DNA from: Macrostomum lignano
Taxonomy: Eukaryota
Length of the DNA: 64,000 bases
Assembly (NCBI GenBank): GCA_002269645.1
Contig: NIVC01000126.1
Span: 186,001-250,000, forward strand
Direction of reading: 5' to 3'
The notes under the pieces are model-generated. The model saw only the letters and a program-made list of their open reading frames with translations, was not told where the DNA came from and did not search any database. Shown here in pieces: positions 45,331 to 54,689 of this stretch. Each line of letters opens with the position of its first letter. Positions within the stretch are counted from its first letter, which is position 1. The translations under genes were made by a program, and so were the position numbers.

Positions 45331-48300
45331 TCAGAACTTATTAGCCAGACAGGACACTAATACCAAATTCCTAGTCGCTAAAGCATCAAACTCCTCCATC
45401 ATGGCATCCAAGCGAGAGTTGAGGATGGAGCTGAACTCCCTCATCGGCTGGCAATCGTCGCAACCTTCAGCCGATGCTGTCATCAAAGTGTCTTTATCAA
45501 TCTCATGCTGTCCTTCTGCGCAATGCCTCGAATCTAACAATAATTTTGTCGATTTCAATTCTCTCTCTAGATGTGTAACTTCAGACTCCCGTTTAGCCAG
45601 CAGTCTCAATAGCAGCACTGTCGCAGCTGAGACATCAACAGGCGGGGAATTCAGCGTAGCAACAGAATCCCGCTTAGTCTCCAACAACGGCGACAGAATC
45701 TTAGTCATACATAATCCAGCAAACACTTGGTCAAATCGTTCAATCAAATTGGCTAAAACTGTCGAATCGTTAGCAATCTCTTCCGCAGCTTTGACTAAAA
45801 TTGTTGCATCAAAACAGGACGCCGATCGAGTACGATTTGTTCTACTGCGAATGGTACGAGTGATGAAGTTTCCGCCGGCTTTGTCCGTAGTATCTGTATC
45901 GTTGTCATAGCAACTAGTAGTGTCTATTCGAGCTGAGAACAGACTAGCAGCAAACTGACCGGATAAGGAGTCCACAGTCTCTAAACCAGAGTCCACTTGA
46001 CGGCGCATATAGCGGCACAGAGCCAGCAGCAGGTTCAGGTTCTCTGGAGGCATCAGGCCGCCTTGATCCACCGGTTTCAATAGGCGATTAGCGGCTGCGC
46101 AATGAAATCAATGGGATCTTGGGATTTGGTTTCTAAGAATCTACAAGTGCTGTCCTAATAGCGAAGTCATGTAGAAGAAATATTATCCTAAGGGTTCTTT
46201 TTATTAAAATGATCAATTCGAAGTAGATCAGTTGCCCTGGCAACTACAGTACGGGGAATTTCGTTAGGACTATATCTGTACTAATAAACTTCCAAAAGCT
46301 ATCAAGCGACTAACTAACTGAACAAATAACTTACTAACTAACTGATAAATAACTAATGCTAAATAACTAACTGACTGACTGACTGACAAACTGACTAACC
46401 GACTAACAAACTAACTGACTAACTAACTGACTAATTAACTAACAAACTGAGTAACTAGCTAGCTAACTAACTGACTGACTGACTGACAAACTGACTAACC
46501 GACTAACAAACTAACTGACTAACTAACTGACTAATTAACTAACAAACTGAGTAACTAGCTAGCTAACTAACTGACTGACTGACTAACTGACTAACTGACT
46601 AACTAATTGACTAACAAACCAACTGACTAACTAACTGACTAACTGACTGACTAATTAACTAACAAACTGAGTAACTAGCTAGCTAACTAACTGACTGACT
46701 GACTAACTGACTAACTTACTAACTAAATAACTAACTGACTAACTAGCTAACTAACCATCTAAATATCTACGAGTAAATACCAGTCACTAGTAGTTTATAA
46801 AAGACTATATAGACAATATAAAAGCACCTTACCAGTAGAAAAATCATCTTTCTCTTTCTGTGACGCTTCAGAAGCCGACTGCAGCTGATCACTGCCGGCC
46901 ATCCCAAGCAGCACGCTCCCGCCGCTCTTTCGCCGCAAAGACGTGGAACAACGCGCCAGCAGTTCGGCCCGAACCTTGGCCGGCACCACTGGCTCGGGCA
47001 ATTCGGCCAGATACAATCGGAGCAACGAGACGGCGTCGTTAGCGGAGAACTCGAGCGGCCGGACCCGGTCGCCGCGCTGATAGGCGCGTTTCAATTGGCG
47101 CACAGACGAGGCGCGTCCGCTTGCGCGCAACCGGATTGGCGATTGGCAAGACTCCGGCGTGAGCAGCAGGGACAGTCGGTCAAGGCAGTCGCCTACTAGG
47201 CGGGGCAGGTAAGCCTGGCCACCGGCGGCCACCTGACGGGTCATGACCTCGGACAGCGGCTGGCCGAATGCTACACCGCCGCGGCTGGCGTAGGCAACCA
47301 AGTAGAGCTGCGCTAGCCAGCGTTTCAACTGGGGACGCGAGCTCACGCGAATTGTTAGCGGAGTAGGCGCTGACGCTGCGGCTGCAGAGTCTTTGTAGCA
47401 ATTGGCGGGTGAAGTCTTTGTTATATTATGGGCTTGTTGTAGGCGGAATGTTGGAACAGCTGAGTATCTGGAGGGCTGGCCCGGCAACTAAGGATGAAGG
47501 AGGCTGGCCCAGCAACTGAGGATCTGAGAGGCTGGCCCAGCAACTAAGGATCTGGGACGCTGGCCCAGCAACTGATGATCTGAGAGGCTGGCCCAGCAAC
47601 TGAGGAGCTGGGAGGCTGGCCCAGCAACTGAGGATCTGGGAGGCTGGCCCAGCAACTGAGGATCTGGGAGGCTGGCCCAGCAACTGAGGAGCTGGGAGGC
47701 TGGATCAGCAACTGAGGATCTGGGAGGCTGGCCAAGCAACTGAGGATCTGGGAGGCTGGCCCAGCAACTGAGGATCTGGGATGCTGGCCCGGCAACTGAG
47801 GATCTGGGACGCTGACCTAGTAACTAAGGATCTGGAAGGCTGGTCTAGCAACTGAAAATCTGGGAGGCTGCCCCAGCAACTGAGGATCTGGGAGACTGGC
47901 CGAGCAACTCAGGATCTGTGAGACTGGCCCTGCAACTGGGAATCTGGAATGCTGGCCAGAGCAACTTGAGACAGATGTTAAGCACAAAATATGAAACTAG
48001 CTACAAAGGAGTGCTTGGAACACAACCTCACCTGTTGTAGGCAGAATGCTAAACTGAAATTCTTTCTCATCAGCGGTGTCATCAAAGGTCTTCAGGTCGC
48101 ATTTAGTCAAATCTAATTGTTGCAGAAGCAACAAGTCATCCAACTCGGGGCTGTTTGATTTCTTTTTGTAGACAAGAAATTGGCCATTAGAAAATAATCG
48201 AGCATAACGATTGCTCCATCGTTGACCAAGGAAACCTTGTACTTGAATCCAACCCTCAATTACTGCCCTTTCAGCAGACTCTATAGAACTAGACAGTCCT

Positions 48301-48347
48301 GTCTGCTCTCTTGCAGATGCTGTTGCAGACAAAGAATCTTCTGCCAT
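45331..48347 (-). CDS. PH plus RhoGAP protein (ARHGAP22/24/25-like), about 568 aa. Exons 48347-48032, 47459-46833, 46094-45331
   Basis: PH domain (IEGWIQVQGFLGQRWSNRYARLFSNGQFLVYK...RWLAQL). RhoGAP motifs FGQPLSEV, PRLVGDCL, LRASG, AVSLLRLYLAELPEPVVP and MPPENLNLLLALC. C-terminal coiled coil. Introns are phase-consistent. Confidence 0.85.
46305..46755. repeat. (AACT/GACT)n microsatellite, RhoGAP intron 2
   Basis: Direct repetition with larger duplicated blocks. Confidence 0.93.
47465..47960. repeat. About 28-bp minisatellite filling RhoGAP intron 1
   Basis: Unit ggctggcccagcaactgaggatctggga. Confidence 0.93.
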
Positions 48348-49415
48348 TTGTTTTCATGAATCAGCCTAAAGCATATGTCAAGCATGGCATAAGTTTGAAT
48401 ATAAGATTATCATGAAGCCTATACTGCCATTGGTAGGAACCTACCAATCAAGTACAAAATATTAAATATGCTAAAAGCATGGTATTACAAGTATATCTAA
48501 TTAAATATCTAAAAAAATTTGTATGATGAAAGAAGAAATTATCATCTTATAACCTATATTTTTATAATATTGAGACATACTTAAATATGGCATCAAAACT
48601 AGGCAGATTAAAACTAGAAAGCATGTATAGGCCCTAAATTACTTTTATAGTAACAATATAATCCATTTATCATAGAGTTGATACTTACATTCCAATAGTT
48701 TTTTTATTAAATTTTATAATTTACCATTCTGCTTTTGACTTGAAGTTGAAGATTTTTTGTCATTCTAATGTAATAAAATTTCAAATTTAAAAGAATTCTA
48801 TAGGATGAAAGGTTATTAAAACTAAATATCATATTATTTATAATTTATCTACTAGGCCTACTTAACTTTGTTTAGGCCTATGGCTTATTAGAGAACAATT
48901 AGTTGCAAAATAGAACTGAATATTCAAAATATATTATTGTTAACTATAAATAACTTTAAGTTTAATTTTAGCTTTCAACATTGATTAAAATAGGCTTTTT
49001 CTTTAAGTCTAAAGCATCTTCAAATTAGACACTAATAAATAATTTAAAAGTTATTCTTTTATATAAAGACTTAATTATTAGCTTCCCTAACCCTATATAA
49101 TTGGTTTTTTATTTATAATACACTTGTATATTGTATAGACTTATAGAAATCATAAATATAGCAAACTAAAATATCTTGCTTAAGACCTTGCTTAAATGTT
49201 TATTTTATTTTAACATTTGCCATTAATTTTTGATCATTTAGAAACTTCTTTGAGCAATGAGCTTATTATTGAAATTTTTGTTTTAGCTAATTAGCTTTTA
49301 TTGTTAGACGTATAAATGTTTTTCTTAAAATATTTTTATGTATAGTAGGCCTTAGCCTAACTATTTAGGCCTATAAAATATTTATAATAGGTCACAAAAA
49401 AATTTTCTAAAATGG

Positions 49416-50022
49416 CCACACTCAGGAAAGTGTCACATGTGCGCGGGAACATATTTTAGCATATTTTTGGAGTGTGCACTGTGCGCAAAGCTAAAATATG
49501 AATTTGTGCGCCGAGGTATACATTTGTTTATTGACAAATACATAGCTAACTAATGCGCCGTAGCACTAAAAACTCGGTAAAATTCCAATTAAAACTTAAT
49601 TAAGTACTTAAATAAGTACAATTTATAAATTTTCGTACCTTATGTAGGCTTTTTTTAACTCAAAACTTTTGCTTTTTTTAGCTCACGTGGAAAATTCTCA
49701 AAAGAAATAGCTTTAACTTTACGATTAAAATCCCATTTTGAATTTTATTATTTGTTTCACTTACCAAGAAACAACAAATTTTTAATTGATATGCTTGGAA
49801 AAAACATAATCTTAAAGCATATTTTATGCACTGCATATGCAGATTATACATTTAGGTGACTCATTGTGAGCTAAATTTTTCTGATCAGGTTTTGCTGTGC
49901 GCCACTGTGCGCTAAAAACTTTTGCTAAGCCTTTGTTGTGTGCCGTGTGCGCCACTTCGCGCATATTTTTCGTTGATGTGTGCCGGAATTTTCCACCATA
50001 ATGTACACCTTCCTGAGTGTGG
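49416..50022. mobile_element. 607-bp non-autonomous DNA transposon with about 21-bp TIRs and an 8-bp TSD (hAT-like)
   Basis: TIRs ccacactcaggaaagtgtcaca and tgtacaccttcctgagtgtgg; identical flanks taaaatgg at 49408-49415 and 50023-50030; subterminal gtgcgc motifs. Confidence 0.88.
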
Positions 50023-50643
50023 TAAAATGGTAATCAAATATACTAAAAATAAAAATGAATCAATGCTAATAATTAAAAATGAAATAAAAACTAAGACAAT
50101 ATATAGAACTTCTACACTGTCATTAGTAAGAAGGTTTTTATGCTAATTTAATAATATTAGGCTAGTCTTAAAATAAATTTGATTGGTATGCCTCTTTGTA
50201 TGCCAATTTTATATATAATAATAAATATATATAATATAAAACATTATAAATAACCAATCATAATCAAATGAATTTAAATTAAAACATTTGTTATTACATT
50301 ATTGTTTAATGATAGGTCTAGGCCTATTGATATTGCATTATTGTTATTAGGCTTATTTTAGGCCTATTTATTATTATATTGGGCCTAAACTATTACCTTT
50401 TTAAGCCAGCATCAATTTAAGTGGTATATTGGTTTTAAGTAGGCCTCAGCCTAAACCATAGAAAATTTGGTAATATAGGCCTAATAAATTTAAGATTTTT
50501 TTAAAGCAAAATATAGATCATATAAAAATATGTATGTGTACTTTTTCAAGTTTAGATTTATAAAATACTTCTAGTTTTCCAAAAAAAATTACTAGGCCTA
50601 GGCCTATTAAACATAATTAGACCCTACCACCCTACCCATACAT

Positions 50644-50799
50644 GCGCAACCTTGGGAATCACCCGGCCGTTTCTAATGGCAACACGCACATGTAAGTCGC
50701 TATTGGCTGAGAGCAGTCACGTGACTACTATTCCGTCCAATAGCGACTTACATGTGTGTGTTGCCAATAGAAACGGCCGGGTGAATCCCTAGGTTGCGC
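50644..50799. mobile_element. 156-bp palindromic MITE-like hairpin
   Basis: About 63-bp arms gcgcaaccttgggaatcacccggccgtttc...gtcgctattgg and ccaatagcgac...gaaacggccgggtgaatccctaggttgcgc; central gtcacgtgac. Confidence 0.8.
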
Positions 50800-51617
50800 C
50801 CAAGCATGACCCTACCTTAACCTTAGCAATGGCAAATAGGGCCTATACCTATTTATAAGTGAGCAATCAGCAATATTCAATTGAGACAATACAATAGGCC
50901 CCTATGGATTTATTGCTATTGAGCAAAGTAGGCTGCAGGCCTAGTCCTAGCCACATAATTAGGCTTATAGCTTCTTTTGTTTGTCATAGGCCTAGTCTAC
51001 TGACCTTGCTACCTAATCCCTAATCCCTAACACCCAAACCTTGTCCCTCCCTATGCCTATCAGACTAACTAGGCCTAGCTCTTTTGTAAATGCCATCCAG
51101 TGCAATTTTGAATTTTAGATCTAATAAAATTATTTCATTTTCATTGACATTGACATTATGGCATTCTTGTGCTACACTTTTTAATTTCCAAGCTAGGACA
51201 TCATATGACACTATGGCAGAATCTAATACTAGCATTGCAACACAGCTAATGCACCTTTAAATTGCTTATGCCTTGTGGTTGTGGTATAGTATACCATAAC
51301 CATGTGGTATGCCAGGTAGGCCTATGGTATGGTACAGGTACATCAGTACATGTACACCAGATCTTCAAGCAAGGATCTTGATTAGGCCTAGCCTACATTC
51401 TAACATCAAGCAATATATTAGGTAAAAGTTATAGTTAGCAATACAGCAAATAACGAACAGCATATTTTGTCTTATGTACATATGAAGAGCCACCGACTCA
51501 GAGATTAAGTCGGCAAGTTCATCTGTCTATTGTACATTGGCCATATGCACGTACTGAGGTGGGGGTGGAGAAGAAAATAAAAAAATTTTTAAAATTGGGA
51601 AAATAAAATTTGGGGTT

Positions 51618-52425
51618 TGTCGTCGGCACGTAAAGCCGGAAAATTGCACAAATTTCTGCGTTGATTCTTCTCCTTGGTTACTCCGTCTGCCGGGTCCTCA
51701 ATTCCGGGGGGGAGGGTAGTCGTAATCGTAGCCGAGCAGTCTAGTAGCGGCCCGAGTCGTTCAGATTGGGTCCTCAGACACCGTAAACTCGTAGTTCGTC
51801 GGATATGCTCGTTTGGTTACTAACAGTAGTAAAGTAGCGCTGCCACCACCGTAAATGTCGTTTTACGGAACGTTGAGGGTCTCAGAGCTTTCTTTGAGAT
51901 GAGACTGACTGGTTATTTTACGCCCCGCGGGCAAATGACTCAATAGAAACTAAAGGCTTCGATTCTGAACAACTGTATGAATAATATTAATATTGGCGAA
52001 CTTATTAATTAGGATTGCGTGGTTATTATTATTGTTACTTATTTATTACTACGCGAGATAATTGACCAACAACCAACAGAGAGAGAGAGCGAGCGAGCTA
52101 AAATATTAATTAGAAACACTAAACAATCGAAAGCAAATTAACTATTAATGATAATAAAAGAAAAGGGAGAAAAGGAGGAAAAGGGGGGGGAGGAGGAACA
52201 AAGAAGTAAAAACGCAACGGTAATATTTATACACAGATATTACAAGATCCAATAGGGGGAACACCGAAGGGAACACTGGGTGGAACACTGGCGGGAAAAA
52301 AGGGCAAACCCGGAAGGAATACAGCTAAACAAAGCGGGACCAAGGGAAGGGGCAACTATTGGACCACAGGTAGGGGCAACGAAAGGAAAACACACAGTTC
52401 AACCGGGGGAGCAGGGGTGACGTCA
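51618..52425 (-). repeat. Putative 3' LTR, about 808 bp
   Basis: The minus strand begins TGACGTC just after a purine-rich ggagggatata (PPT-like) and ends GACGACA (6/7 inverted repeat, TG...CA). TATAAA near 52228 and AATAAA near 52045 on minus. No second LTR is available to confirm the boundaries. Confidence 0.65.
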
Positions 52426-52558
52426 AGAATATATCCCTCCGGGGGAGGCGCTTCGCGCGTCGCCAACCGTTGCAGGAGCCCCAGTGGTAGACCGGCCTAC
52501 CACAGGCGCGGGGGCGCCGGGGGACCTGGCAACAGTTGACGAGCGCCTCCGATCGTCC

Positions 52559-53308
52559 TCAAGTTCGGCGGCCCCGCGTCACCGGCCGGCCTCGGCGAGC
52601 AGGGGCATCAGGGTCGGACTGGGCGGAGCTGGCGACGCGAGCGTAGTGGCTGAGCTGCAGAAGGGCCGGGGTCAGTCCTCGCCCCAGCGTCGCAGCATTA
52701 TCCACAAAATGGCCGACTAGCGCGCAGAAAGTCCCGTAGGGCAGACTTCCGGTTGCCGGCTGCCGCAGCTGCTCGCACAAAAAGTCGACCGTCGCGGACA
52801 CGGCACGGGCCATAGCCGGTTGTCCTCGGGTCTGGGCGTAACTGCGCCAGTGGCGGCCGTCAGACATCCGCCGATTGTTGCCGTCCCCGGCGAGCTCCCA
52901 CAGCAGTAGCTCGGCGAGGTGCTGCACTGGTTCGGCCGGGGGGGCAGCGGCTTCGGCCACCCCTGGCGACGGCTGGCTTGACCCGCTTGTCCAATTGGTC
53001 GGCGGGATTGGCGGGGTGACGAATGGTTCCGGTTCCAGCACGCGGACGGGCTCCGGTTCCGGGGCCAGAGGGATATTATCCACCCGTTCGAGTAGTTGGT
53101 GCAGGCCGGTGCCGAGGCTACTCGCTGGCGAGGGCGCCGGAGCCGGTGGGGCCAGGCCAGGTGCGGCTTCGCTGTAGGGGTCGAAAGCTGCGAGCAGGTC
53201 CTGGTCAAATCCCTCATTGTCGGCTTCGTAGCCGTTGGCGCGCTCCAAAGCCTCGCGGATTTCGCGGCTGAGCGGAGACTCGTCTCCCATAGGGTCGTCG
53301 GCGGACAT
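52559..53308 (-). CDS. Extra retrotransposon ORF3 of unknown function, 249 aa, not env-like
   Basis: ATG-initiated, GC-rich, same strand as pol, ending about 130 bp before the LTR. Acidic N-terminus, Pro-rich linker, helical-looking C-terminal domain and RRGRP basic tail. Confidence 0.7.
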   Translation of the reverse strand: MSADDPMGDESPLSREIREALERANGYEADNEGFDQDLLAAFDPYSEAAPGLAPPAPAPSPASSLGTGLHQLLERVDNIPLAPEPEPVRVLEPEPFVTPPIPPTNWTSGSSQPSPGVAEAAAPPAEPVQHLAELLLWELAGDGNNRRMSDGRHWRSYAQTRGQPAMARAVSATVDFLCEQLRQPATGSLPYGTFCALVGHFVDNAATLGRGLTPALLQLSHYARVASSAQSDPDAPARRGRPVTRGRRT

Positions 53309-54224
53309 AATAGAAAGCTGATGTCGGAATCGCGCTGAGCAACTTCGGCCGGACGATCAGAATCGATGAAAAAATAGAAAATGGCTCCTTTAAATAGGGC
53401 ACAAAATATTCCAACTGGTGGAATTGTAAACCAACCAGAGGAAATAAAATTCAACCGCTGGAATTGAGCCATCACCCCCGTGCACTCTAAGGTGGCACAC
53501 AGAGTTGGGGTGGGCGCATGAATCAAGGAGTCATAAAATAGATAACCGCGCGGCAGGGGTCCGAAATCAGAATGAATGAATGGGGCGCCTCACACGGCTC
53601 ACAAAACAGGTTGGCGGTTAGAGAGGGAGGGGGGGGCTGAACAATCGCATAAACAGTAGTTAGAATAATAGTAAGGAACATAGGTAGTTCCTAAAAATTA
53701 GAATAGCAGATAGATACAGGCATAGTGACCGAGTTAGAATTTGGATCTCCATAAGGAGTTACACAAAACGGCAAAAGGCACTGGGAAGGGGCTGGACAGG
53801 CGCCCTTACAAATTTTCCCAGGCTCGGCTCGGTCAGAACAAAGAAAAATGGGGGCCGTTCACCTCAGGTGCCCTCCGCTGAGGACAAGGCCTAGAGCCAG
53901 GGTGGCTTGACCTGAGCGGGGCAACGACTGGGGGGCACAGAGCAACTTTGGCTTGCAAAATTGAAAGGTACCTTCAGCCATAAGCAAGGACTGCAAGGTT
54001 TACAACTGAAATAAAACTTCGCCAGTTAATGACACGCAATTGAGCAAAATTAATGAATCGCATGCGGATAAATAATTGTCGCGTAGGTGCTGGCTTTTCC
54101 CATCAAGCCTAAGGCTAAATATCAGAACGCAGAAGTGCGGGTCGCGTTGAATAAATATGACACCAATTGAGCATGAGCACAATGTACAAAGGCTTTTGAC
54201 CGGAAAGCGTAAGGAGCAGAAATT

Positions 54225-54540
54225 GAAAAAAAAGTTGCTTTTGCCCTCAAGCATAAGGAAAGTACGGAAAATTAGTTGCTTTTACCCTCAAGCATAAGGA
54301 AAGTACATTGAGAAACACTGCTTTTGCCATCAAGCATAAGGAAAAGTACAGAAAATTAATTGCTTTTGCCCTCAAGCATAAGGAAACGGACAGAAAAATT
54401 AGTTGCTTTTATCCCTCAAGCATAAGGAAAGTACAGAAAATTAGTTGCTTTTACCCTCAAGCATAAGGAAAGTACAGAAATAGCGAAATTGACACCTGCT
54501 TTTATCCCGAAAGCATAAGGAGAACAAAATTTGAAGGAAA
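54225..54540. repeat. About 7 tandem 40-47-bp repeats in the pol-ORF3 spacer
   Basis: Core ttgctttt(g/a)ccctcaagcataaggaaagtac repeated. Confidence 0.85.
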
Positions 54541-54689
54541 ATTGAAAGTTGCTTTCAGCACAGAAAAGGTGCAGAGAAAGCTTACAGCGAAATTTAATTC
54601 AGAACGCGTTCACAAGCTTAACTACTCCTAGTAATGCGCAACGGTAATTTAGCTATTAGGCGCAATAGTAAATCGCTGGTAATTACCTT

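Noticed and set aside
52717-53526. Overlapping 269-aa frame with one hydrophobic stretch as a possible env
   Set aside because: It starts in AT-rich spacer DNA, lacks env hallmarks, and is best explained as an alternate frame of ORF3.
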